Shown here: positions 26,491 to 38,163 of the stretch, piece by piece
Layout of the letters: each line of letters starts with the position of its first letter
Position numbering within the stretch: the first letter of the stretch is position 1
Program-made: the position numbers and the translations under genes
NCBI GenBank assembly: GCA_965112155.1
Contig: OZ218117.1
Length of the DNA: 64,000 nucleotides
Source: Podarcis liolepis
Lineage: Eukaryota
Reading direction: 5' to 3' (one strand)
The notes under the pieces: generated by a model
What the model was told of the DNA's origin: nothing
Databases searched by the model: none
The model's input: only the letters and a program-made list of their open reading frames with translations

Positions 26491-27225
26491 ATATATCTAT
26501 CTTGGAAGGGACCTCAAGAGTCATCCAGCCCAAGACGCTGCTCGGCAAGAATATGCAGAATAACCACTAACCTTGGTTGTGCCGTCAGTCTTGCCCTATG
26601 AAAGGGCACTTTTCAGGCACTTTAAACTGCAGCTGCAAGTTGCGCCATGAAGCACCCCTTGCCACCCCCTTTCGCGGACTGGGAGTGGAGGAAGTGCTGC
26701 TGACAGTCTCCCCAGGAGCTTTTCAACAGTCAGGAGGAGACCAGAAGCCTTCGGGGGGATTGTGCATCTGCTAAGAACATTTAACACTATTTCTGTTTCT
26801 TCTCTCTGAAGCCCTTTCCAAAGAATAATGCTGGTAAATAAACCTCTGGAAGAGACCCCAATGGTATCCAGTCCAACCCGCTGCAACGCAGAAACATGCA
26901 GTTCCTTAGGGGGAACAATCCTGCAACCATGGTGGTGCAGCAAACGTTGCCCTCTTAAATGGCACTTTGAAAGCTACTTAGGTATAGTTCAGGGATCCCC
27001 ACCTCTCCTACAGCTGCAAGTTCAGCCATGAAGCAAACATGGCCATGCACTATTCTGGACTGGAAACAGAGGAAGCACTGCTTACATCCTCCCTGGGAGC
27101 ATTTCAACAGTCAGGGGGAGGCCCTGATCCTGACCCCTAAGCCTAACCCCAAGCCTCTCCCTAAACCCACCCCTAACAAGGACGCTAGACTTACAGCAGC
27201 AGACTTACAACTTCTGACCTTTGTC

Positions 27226-27508
27226 AAAGGTAAAGGGACCCCTGACCATTAGGTCCAGTCGTGTAGACTCTGGGGTTGCATGGCGCACCTCGCTTTGTTA
27301 ACAGAAGGAGCCAGCGTACAGCTTCCAGGTCATGCAAGAGGCTTCTGGCGAACCAGAGCAGCTCACAGAAACACTTTCAAAATCCTAGGTGGGCAGGAGC
27401 AGGGACCCTGCGAAGGGAGCTTATCCAGTCATGTGCATTTGAACTGCCGACCTTCTAATCGGCAAGTCCTAGGCTCTGTGGTTTAACCCACGGCGCCACC
27501 CACGTCCC
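27226..27508 (-). mobile_element. Sauria SINE, internally deleted
   Basis: Same termini as 20203-20548. Confidence 0.8.
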
Positions 27509-29170
27509 TTCTTTCGTACCTTTGACCCCTAGTTAAAAACTACTTTCTGTGGCCTTCTTTACTCCAACTCCAAATTGCCCAGCTTGTGGTGCATCTGGCT
27601 AGAAGTAGCATTTTCATGAGGGAAAACATCTCATAGAGAGATTTTTCTACACCTGCGGATTCAGGTGTGCATTGCAGGGCAGTCCCAAAAGAAAACTGTC
27701 TTCCTGACCCCCAGGGTTAGGGCAATTAGGGGTAGGGTATAGGGACTATACTTTGTGGGAAGCCTGTTTATTAGGACTAGTTTCTACAGTTGTGTGTGCA
27801 CTGCAGTTGTGTTGGTGAAGGAAAACGCAGACAGATTCTGCTGCAAGCACACGGCTTCAGGAGACAAGGGTCCCGTCCCAACGCTCACCCCCTCAAACCC
27901 AGAAGATCACAAGACAATTTGGCTCCTACCGTGCTCAGGATGGGTGCTGCTCCTCTTCCAGGCAGGCGCTGAAGGTGGGATGAAGGCCTTATCTGTCATG
28001 ATTGGGGAGGGAAGACAGATTAGGGGGGAGAAGGTACAGCATTCTCTCCATCTCCCCCTTCTACTCAGAAGTGTGTGCAGGGAAGCCCATTCCTTTCAGA
28101 AACCCTCGTTTTCCCCCACCCTTTGGTTCCCCCACCATGCATAAGTAGGCTTGTGCCCAAAACATAAGGGGGATAACAAATCTAACACTAAATCTAACAT
28201 TAAGGAACGAAGCACAGAGAATTGTCAGTGGACCCAATTTCTTTCAGATGAACTGAAAGAGTAGGGATAAAAGCAGCACCCATCGTTTGTACTGCATCCT
28301 TTACTCGACAAAAATCTGGTTCTTCTTTCTCAAGCACATTCCAAAGTATCATGATACTGCATATAGACCTATATCTGGAAGGGACCCCAAAGGTCATCCG
28401 GCCCAACCCGCTGCAAGGCAGGAGTATGCCGGAGAATAACCACTAACCTTGCTTGTGCTGTCAATGTTGCCCTATTGAATGGCACTTTTCAGGCCATTAA
28501 AACTGCAGCTGCAAGTAGCGCCATGAAGCACCCCTTGCCATCCCCTTTTCCTGACCGGGAGCAGAGGAGGTGCTGCTTACAGTCTCCCCAGGAGCATTTC
28601 AACAGTCAGGAGGAACATGAATGCCTCCAGAAAAGGAAAAAACCAGGAGCCTGCACTAAGGGAACACTCATGAGTATATAGTGCCTTTCTTTAGAACACC
28701 CCTCTTAAATTTACAAACTGCTGCAAATTTACAAAATGCACACATACGTGCCAGTATTTCTCAATCTAAATGATTCAATTGGCTTTTGGTTTTGGCCTCC
28801 CTTGCAGGGGCTCAGCCCACTTAGTCTCCTGCCATTGGGGATCCCAGCCTAGGTGCAGGGCAGGGGACAGTCTTAAATCTTTGCTTCACCCTTGCTGTGG
28901 AGCACATTGCGCAGTCGATTTTTAAGGACTGACACACACAACCCCCCCCAAACTTTATTGAGAAATTAATAAATAATAGGATTTCCATTTTTGGAGCAAC
29001 CGTGGGAAAATGCAATGAGTGGAATGAGTGGAAACAGAGGAAGTACTGCTTACATCCTCCCTGGGAGCATTTCAGCAGTCAGCAGGAGGCCCTGACCCAG
29101 ACCCCAGAGCCTAACCCTCTCCCTAACCCCGAGACTTACAACAGCAGACTTTCAACTTGTGACCTTTCTC

Positions 29171-29517
29171 AAAGATAAGGGTAAAGGGACCCCTGACCAT
29201 TAGGTCCAGTCATGGCCAACTCTGGGGTTGCGGCGCTCATCTCACTTTATTGGCCAAGGAAGCTGACATATAGCTTCCAGGTCATGTGGCCGGCATGTCT
29301 AAGATACTTCTGGCAAACCAGAGCAACTCACGGAAACACCGGTTACCTTCCTGCCAGAGCGGGACCGATTAATCTCCTTACACATTGTGCTTTCCAACTG
29401 CTAAGTTGGCATACGCAGGGAACCAGCAACAGGAACTCAGCCCGTCACAGGGGCTTAGAACCGTCAATCGGCAAGTCCTAGGCTCTGTGGTTTAACCCAC
29501 AGTACCACCCACATCCC
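29171..29517 (-). mobile_element. Sauria SINE
   Basis: Near-colinear with 20203-20548, flanks included, so duplicated along with the module. Confidence 0.85.
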
Positions 29518-31046
29518 GTAACTTAAAGGGATACTATTTCTGTTTGTTCCTTCTGAAGAACATTCCAAAGATTCAAAAGATACTACATTTGTATCTACAT
29601 CTGGAAGGGACCCCAAAGGTCATCCAGCCCAACCCACTGCAAGGCAGGAATATGCAGGAGAATAACCACTAACCTTGCTGGTGCCGTCAGTCTTGCCCTA
29701 TGAAAAGGCACTTTTCAGGCACTTTAAACTAAAACTGCAACTTGCGCCATGAAGAACCCCTTGCCATCCCCTTTGGCTGACTGGGAGCAGAGGAGGTTGG
29801 GAGCAGAGGAGGTGCTGCTTACAGTCTCCCCAGGAGCTTTTCAACAGTCAGAAGGAGTCCTAAAGCCTTCGGGGGGATTGTACATATGCTAAGAACATTT
29901 ATGCCTCCAGAAAAGGAAACAACCATGAGCCTGCTCAAAGGGAATGCTCATGAGTCTATAAAGTGCCTTTCTTTAGAACACCCCTCTTAACTTTAAAAAC
30001 TGCTGCAAATTTCCAAATTGCATACGTACATGCCAGTATTTGTCAATCTAAAAGATTCGATTGGCTTTTGGATTTGGCCACCCTTGCAGGGACTCAGACC
30101 ACAAAGTCTCCTGCCATTGGGGTTCCCAGCATAGGTGCAGGGCAGGGGACAGGATTAAATATTTGCTCCACCCTTGCTGTGGAGCACATTGCACAGTAGA
30201 TTTTTTAGGACTTACACACACAACCCCCCACCCAAACTTTATTGAGACATTAATAAATAATTGGGTTTCCATTTTTGGAGCAACCATAAGAAAATGCAAT
30301 CTCCCTGACCATCAAAGAATAGAGACTGCTCTCTGGGAGGTTGCCAGGGTTAGGGGTGTGAGGAGAGGAAAAGAGACACTTCAACCAGCTGTTTGAGCTG
30401 AAATCCACCTTTGGAAAAGGCGGGCTGCACCTGTGTAAAGGACCAGGCATTGTGGAGGTGTAGGGACTGTGCGGTCTTACCGATGTAGAGAGATAGCTAG
30501 GTATTCCCCACCGTTCACTTTGCTCCTTGCTGCAGAGAATCTTTTCCAGTGGATGGAAGTGCACTTAGGCAGATGAACCTGCCTTTGGTAACTTCATGGA
30601 GATGTCTGGGAGCTGCCTTGCCTCTTTTTCTTCTCTTTCCTTTGGCGGCCACGCTGCGGGGAGAATCAGGGGTTTGGTTTAAGGAACTGTACAGATCTTG
30701 TGCCCAAAGATCCCCTTTCCCCCTCACACCCCTTTTTAGGAGAAGGAATTCACCCCTTTTTAGGAGAAGGAATTCAGCACGGCCCTGTGAGACCTGGGAA
30801 ATATCAGGGGGGTGGATTATTTCAAGAACTAAAAGAGGGGTCCGTGTAAAAACAGGCACAGGATCAGCCAAGCACAAATGAATGTGCAAGGAATAATAAA
30901 AATCCTCACAGATTGAAAGTGAAAGGAACACCAAGTGAAAGGAACACTATTTATCTTTCTTCTTTCTGAAGCCCTTTCCAAAGAAAAATGTTGGTATACA
31001 AACCTCTGGAAACAACACCAAAGGTCATCCAGTCCAACCCGCTGCA

Positions 31047-34000
31047 GAAATAATTTCCTGCAGGAACGGGAACAAATTCCACATCGACAGATAAGACAAC
31101 CCAGACAATTAAGACAATACGATTTACGTCCACATACTATTGATTATTCTAAACAACAGGGTTTTCCCAAGCGCCGCAATCAACGACGACGTCTTTAGTT
31201 GTAAATTTATCCAAACGCACACTAACACAGGAAGAAGAGAGAATTTTAACTCTTGGATTGGAATTTTTTTCCACACCGAAATATAATGCGTTCCAGGCAA
31301 GGGTGGACATCTTCAAACTTCTACGTCTTGTTAAATTAAGCAACCACTTTGACAAGTTTCAGACTACACCGTCCCCATTCCGCGTTCATTCTTCATTTCA
31401 CCCGCATGTAGATAAGGCCCGCCTGAATGCATTCTACCAGGTTTTAATAGAAGACATTAATAAAATAGAAAAGAGAAGACCACCTCCACACAAAAGGAAT
31501 TTTACCGCAAAGGATATAGAAATCATTGCTAGCCTTCAATCGGATGAGAATATTGTGATAAAACCAGCAGATAAGGGCGGAGACATAGTTATGATGAATA
31601 CTCAGGATTACACCACAGAAGTAAATAGACAACTGCAAAATAACAATTTTTATAAACCATTGCCCAAAGACCCTACCGACGATGTATCCAGAATAATCAG
31701 GACCACCTTATCGGAAGGCATATCGTTTGGATACCTCAATTAAAAAAAAAAAAATTTAATCAATAAATATCCACGTACCCCACTATTTGATAGACTTCAA
31801 AAAATTCACAAATCACTTAATGCTCCACCAGGCAGACCGATGGTCTCAGGTAATGACTCTCTTTTGGAACCCCTTTGACAGTATATGGTACATTATTTGG
31901 ATCCATTCGCCATGGACACTCCATCTTATATTCTGGACACAAAAACATTTATGGAAGACGTTGAGAACACCACCATACCTAAGGAGGCCTCCCTTGACAC
32001 CCTGGATGTCGAGTCGCTGTATACAAATGTCCCATTAACTGAAGTCAGGTCAATTTTAGAAACTCTTTTGGATTCCAGACTCACAAAAAACCTCCGACAC
32101 ATTTTTTGCTCAATATTCTGGACATCGTTTTGGATTATAACTTATTTCATTATTTAAAACAGTTCTATCTGCAAGTCAAAGGCGTAGCGATGGGCTCTGC
32201 CTATGCCCATTCCATTGCAAATATTTACATGATACACTTTGAAAAAACTTTCATCCTTCATGACAACAATCCTTTTACATCTAAAATAATCAAATAGGAT
32301 CGGTTTATAGATGATTTATTCTTCGTGATACAGGATCAAGACACAGCAACACAATTCCTCCAATGGATCAACAAACAAGATCCAAATATAGGATTGTCTG
32401 GTACCATTCATGATACATCTGTTAATTTTCTGGATGTTACAGTCTTTAAAGATCATTCCCAACAACTTTAGATCCGCCCATACCATAAACCGACGGATCG
32501 AAATTCATTATTACACGCTTCGTCCTTTCACGCTCCAAATTTATTGAATAATCTACCGTATGAACAGTATTTAAGACTAAAAAAAAAGGCACCGTCACAA
32601 CAGGACTACAAAATAGCGGCCTAACAAATCACAATCCATATTACAACGAGGATACACATCACGGACTCTTGCTGCGGCTCAAGATAGAGCAGAAATGAAA
32701 AACAGGAAAGAAATTCTTGTTATAAAAACCTCAGATAAACCTAGAGAAGATCGTATTTCCACATCACTGCAATTGACACCACACACTTCTAGCATGAAGA
32801 AACTCATATATAAACATTGGCATTTGTTATCCTACATCCCAGGGTGTCAAAAACCACCTATAATTGGCCTAAAAAAAAACAAGTCGCAGAGAAATTATTG
32901 GGTGAAATCGGACCAACTTACATACACGGAAGCATCAACTAAGGGCCATTAAAAATGCGGTAGCTGTAATGTATGCAAATACGCACTACAAGTAAAGGAG
33001 TTCCCTAACACACAGACTGGCTTCAAATTTCAGATGGAACATTTTAGTAACTGGAACACAAAGAATAGCGTGTATGCACGGATATGCCCATGCCAAAAGA
33101 TATATATAGGCAAAAGCACTAGACCAATTAAACTACGCATAAATGAACATGGATCACGGATCCGTAACAGAATAAGAGAAGCCCCTATGGTGGAACATTA
33201 TATACAACAAAAACACACGGAAGAGGATTTTGTATTCTTTATTATTTGGAAACCAAAAGTCGATCTGTATACCAGGAGAAATATGGATAGACTATTGTTA
33301 CAACAGGAAGCACGATAGATTCATTGGTTTGAAACAATGTCCCCCAAGGGCTTGAATGAACATCAAGAGTACAGTTCTTTTCTCTAATAAACCACCATAG
33401 ATGCCCATGGACTTTAAATCCCTTCTCTGCTTACATCTTTAAGAAGGGAGAGCCTATCCTCCCTCCCCCAATGACACACATCTAAGACAATGATTTCACT
33501 CCCTAATAGAAAACACCAGAGAAACGCAAGAAAACTTGGATGAAATTATCTAAGGTGAGAAAACACTGAACTGATGTCCATTTTTCACAAATACTTTGAC
33601 TGGAAATAATAACTCTTGGAAATCATTATTTCTAGACGCATGTTGAAAAAGAACGAAAGGATACAGACTTCCAACAGATTTATAGTCGTCAAAAAACCGA
33701 GGTATGGAACCAAACATCATGATATGTGTTAACATACTTTAGAATGTATATAATTCATAATATTTAGGAACTATGGATTGAAGCACCTTGATCCATCTTC
33801 ACCTATTTTTTGATATTACCAGCAGAAGAAGGCATGTACTCCGAAACAGGGCCCTGTCCTGGTTACCACGACTGAGTCGTACATCTGATTCACACTACGG
33901 ATACTCCTTTGGGGTCCCATTGGATCCTTTGTTCTTTATTCCTTATTCTGATTTTATAGAATGTGGACTCTTTTTGACTGCTACGGAGACTTGTATAAAA

Positions 34001-34244
34001 CAATGGTTGTTCATATACCTTTGTACTATATCACTGTATATTTGAAACTACATTATTTCTGTACTTAAACGTTATATCCAAACTTACCATTACTTTAAAG
34101 CTATTGTACTTACACGCTGTGTTTAAATTTACTACTAGCTTCAAACTGTTATTCTTAGCAGAATACACACGTTTTTCATTTCAACTCTTGAGTAGGAATT
34201 ATTCCTTCGATTGAAACTTTGGGCCAGAGTTCTTCATATATCCT
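31047..34244 (+). mobile_element. Decayed Penelope-like retroelement (Neptune type, RT + GIY-YIG endonuclease)
   Basis: VVNLS, KPADKGG, KIHK..PPGRP, LDVESLYTNVP, GVAMGS, RFIDD, YHKPTD, Cys linker KCGSCNVC and VYARICPCQKIYIGKS. Fragmented ORF; hammerhead motif in the 3' region. Confidence 0.92.
33818..33863 (+). ncRNA. Minimal type I hammerhead ribozyme with a mutated core
   Basis: accag-CAGAAGA-a-gg..cc-GAAA-cagggccctg-TC-ctggt: stem I accag/ctggt, palindromic stem III, core CUGA changed to CAGA. Confidence 0.75.
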
Positions 34245-34453
34245 GTTCAGGAAGCAAACATAGCCATCCACTATTCTTCACTGGAAACAGAGAAAGCTCT
34301 GCTTACATCCTCCCTGGGAGCATTTCAACAGTCAGGGGAGACCCTGACCCCGAAGCCTAACCCCAAGCCTCTCCCTAACCCCCTACCCTAACAACAACCC
34401 AAACCCAAACCCCTAGACTTACAACAGCAGACTTACAACTTCTGACCTTTGTC

Positions 34454-34572
34454 AAAGGTCAAGGAAAAGGGACCCCTGACCATTTGATCCGGTCGTGGCC
34501 GACTCTGGGGTTGTGCTACGTATTTTATTGGCCGGCGTACAGCTTCCGGGTCATGTGGCCAACATGACTAAG
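34454..34572 (-). mobile_element. Sauria SINE 3' fragment
   Basis: aaagggacccctgaccatt...cttccgggtcatgtggcc. Confidence 0.7.
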
Positions 34573-35489
34573 TGCTTGGCCGTCATACAACTAACCTGGA
34601 GGTATGTTTCTCTTTTTCTTCTTGGTGTGGCACTTTCCAGCTCTTACGAATAGGCAGGCGTCCCTTATGGAGATCCCCCTGCAAGATTGCTGTTCACAGT
34701 ACCAAAAGGGGGTAGCATTGAACTGTTAGGTGTCACAGCCTAAAGGGAGGCACCTTGGCCATCATACAACTAACTTAAAGGAATATTATTTCCGGTTCTT
34801 CTTTCTGAAGCACATTCCAAAGATTCATAGGATGGTGTATATATCTATCTGGAAGGGACCTCAAGGGTCATCCAGCCCAACACGCTGCTAGGCAGGAATA
34901 TGCAGAATAACCACTAACCTTGCTGGTGCCGTCAGTCTTGCCCTATGAAAAGGCACTTTTCAGGCACTTTAAACTAAAACTGCAACTTGCGCCATGAAGC
35001 ACCCCTTGCCATCCCCTCTTGCTGACTGGGAGCAGAGAAGGTGCTGCTCTAGTGCTGGCCACTACAGCAGGGGCTGATCCCCATTTCTTCTTGTGGTCTT
35101 CAATTAAGAGTATCTGCTCAAAAAATCAAACAGAAAGCAATGGAGCGTTGCCATTAAGGCTGGGGCGAGAGGGCAAACCAGGTCTTCTAGACCCAAACTG
35201 GGTTTTGGATGCTCCATTACACAAACAAGCCAGCTCGGCCTCTCTAATTATCAGGGCTTCCTTACAAATTAATTATCTTTTTAAATTTATGCCTCTTCCT
35301 AAACATTGGTCTTAAAATTTAATATGCAAGTGTACCACTTTTGGATGCTAATGAATCTCCGGTTGGATTATGTGGATAAATCAATAGGTGAGAAAGACTT
35401 GGTTCAAGCAATGGTTCATCTGAAGAAATTAGGTTTTCAACACATTGCTTTGTCACCTTTAGATAGCCTAACAAGAAAAGGAATAGGAG

Positions 35490-36408
35490 ACAAACCTCAC
35501 CAACGTGGGGGAAGCCAGGAGGTGCTGCCCTACCCCAATCAAATAAATAAAAATACTTTACTGTATTTTAACTCTACTGTACTGTTCTGTTCTGTACTTT
35601 GGGGGTTAGGGGGGATGGGGCCAAGCACCACTTGGGTGGGTGTGGTATATCAGGAGTGGGGTGGTTGAAAAATGTTCTTAAATGTTATATATTTATAGGT
35701 ATTTCTATTTTTTAAATCTTACCTTCATGACTTTTCCTCCATCTCTTCTCCCTTCATCACGCAGTTTCCTCCTCCTCCTTTTCAGAACAGAAATTCAGCA
35801 GAGCAGACCTAAGAAATATCATTAAGGTCAATTATTTTCACAAGAAGGGAAAGAGGGCTCCACACCAAAGCAAACATATAATACGTCCAGCACAGATTGC
35901 AGTAGAAAAAAGAATCAAGTGGGAAAGGAGCCAGCAGACAACAAACTGGAAAAAAGGTGCTTTTCACCTTTGTTTTTTCTTGTTTATTCTTGTTTCTTCT
36001 TTCTGAAGCACTTTCCAAAAAATCATAGGATGGTGCATTTAGCTGGAAGGGAACCCAAGGGTCATCCAGTCCCACCCGCTGCAAGGCAGGAATCTGCAAA
36101 GGAACCACAAGGGTTCATTTAATAAATAATAAAAATAGTAATAAGTGAAAGAATTCGGATCTTGAGGAATGAGCTGCTTACAAAAGCTCCACTTCAAGCA
36201 GTGCTTCGTCTGAACAATACACTGTTCAGGTACAGTTTTCAATACACTAAAGGCGGTCTGGAGGGGGGGGAGCAATGGAGATTTGAACTCACAGCCAGTT
36301 CCTCTGGAGTAGCTGCAGCCAAGGGGAGCTTCCCAATTCCAATAAATAAAAATACTATAATGCTAAGGCTTAGGGGGGAAGAGGCTGTGTCCCACTTGGA
36401 ATGGTGTA

Positions 36409-36443
<35 letters not shown>

Positions 36444-37000
36444 ACATTTAATGCTAATAATAATGAATTACTCTTTCCCAGCCACGAACAGAAAATTTTA
36501 AAAAACCATAAAACATCATATACTACAAACTTTCCTCACCTTTTTATAATAAAAACAATAATTTAAAAATTAATGATAATAATAATAATAATAATAATAA
36601 TGTATTACTCTTTCACAGCCACCCACAGAAAATATGAAAAACCGATAAAACATAATATAATACAAATCTCCCTAACACTTTTAAAATAGGAACCATTATA
36701 ATAAGGCTAACAATTTAAAAATAAAGGATAATCCTCATTTATTCCCCTTCCCCAACAGAATATTTAATAATTCGACAAAACTGAATATATTAAAAACTTC
36801 AACCAAGCCTTTCGAATAATAATAATAATTTAGAAATAAATTGTGATAATTATTATTATTTCCCGACCGATCCCAAAAAAAGAGTCTTTAAAACTCAACC
36901 AAACTCACGCGCTCCCTTCGAGAAAATGGCGACGGAGACGCTGAGGAGAAAACGCGCCCAAGGCCTGGCCCGCCCACAGCCCGACCTATCGCCGCCGAAG
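35490..37000 (-). ncRNA. Putative spliced non-coding transcript divergent from ZFR2 (donor ~36903-36908; exon 35723-35808)
   Basis: Direct paralog of 2340-3800 with the same GC/GTGAGT donor, ttcttAG acceptor and AAG/GTAAG donor. Confidence 0.45.
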
Positions 37001-37270
37001 GCTCTCAACCAAAATGGCGGCGTGGTGCCTCTTCTGCCCTTTCTTCCCCCCTCCTTCCCCGTCCCATTGCCCTGGTCCAAAATGGCCGCCCTAGGAACCC
37101 CCGCGCTCAGCGCACGCGCCCAGCAGTCGCAGCAGCAGTTAAACTGGGGGGGGGGGCAGGCAGCCCTTTCCCGCTTTTTCTCCTCCCTCCCTCCTCCCAG
37201 CTATTTCTCATCCGATTCTCCTCAGCGCTTTCCCACCGCCTGGACGCCAAGGGAGTTTGGGCGCCCTTTT
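36895..37270. promoter_or_regulatory. CpG-island promoter copy, paralog of 3680-4145
   Basis: Colinear blocks: aactcacgcgct, cccgcccacagcc, aaaatggcggcg (YY1-like), gccctagg, gcgcacgcgccc (NRF1-like), cctggacgccaag. Confidence 0.75.
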
Positions 37271-37912
37271 ATTACAATAAAGGATTAAATAAAAAGACTA
37301 TACTTTTAAGGCTTAGGGGGGAAGAGGCCATGTCCCACTAGGGAGGGAGGGTGTAATAATAATAATAATAATAATAATTTAACATTTAATGATAATGATA
37401 ATGATAATAATTTCTTACTATTTCCCAGCCAGCCACCAACAGAATTATTTAGAATATGATAAAACATAATATACTACAAATTTCCCCAACCCTATTATAG
37501 TAAGAAAAATTATAATAATGACGATAACAATTTAAGAATAAATGATCATCATAATTCGTTACCCACCCTTCCCCCGCCTCTGGGCTGCTTGCTCCTCACA
37601 GAATGTTAAAAACGCGACACAACACCATAATTGCAAACTTCCCTAAGCCTTTTGTAATAATAACAAAAGTAGTAATTTAAAAATCAAGGCTGATAATCCT
37701 TGGTTCTTGCTGGCTCCCAACCGAAGACAGGAGTGAGGAGACGACCCAACTCACGCGCTTCCTCCTTGGCGTCCCGGGCGCGGGAGAGAGAGAGAGAGAG
37801 AGAGGCGCCGAGCGAGGAGGAGAAGAGGCGCCAAAAGCCTGGCCCGCCCACAACCAGGCCTGCCTGGGATTGGATTGGCCAAAAGGCCGGCCTATCGCGG
37901 TCGGTCGAGATT

Positions 37913-38163
37913 TATATTCAAAATTTAAAAATGAAAAACCCTTCCAGTCAGTAGCACCTTAAAGACCAACTCAGCTAGTTCTCGGTATGAGCTTTCGTGT
38001 GCAGGCAGTGCATTCAGTGTATCTGAAGAAGTGTGCCTGCCTGCCTGCACACGAAAGCTCATACCAAGAACTAACTGAGTTGGTCTTTCAGGTGCTACTG
38101 ACTGGAAGGAATTTTTTTTTTTAATTAGGACTATGGCAGACCAACACGGCTACCTATCTACTC
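37913..38163 (+). mobile_element. Penelope-derived fold-back element with hammerhead
   Basis: Inverted arms 37940-38006 and ~38043-38109; 3' end gcagaccaacacggctac shared with the copy at 40749-40885; possible target duplication cgagatt at 37906 and 38164. Confidence 0.8.
38019..38064 (+). ncRNA. Minimal hammerhead ribozyme, intact core
   Basis: gtat-CTGAAGA-a-gtgtgc(loop)gcacac-GAAA-gc-TC-atac: stem I gtat/atac, 6-bp stem II, palindromic agct stem III. Confidence 0.75.

Larger units (their letters stand above)
19123..35050. repeat. Irregular tandem array of ~2 kb diverged modules
   Basis: Landmark gggtttc(t/c)atttttggag recurs at ~19125, 21123, 28979 and 30263. CR1-tail block ctggaagggaccccaa recurs at ~19850, 20632, 21956, 26502, 26845, 28375, 29601, 31004 and 34849. 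Confidence 0.85.
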
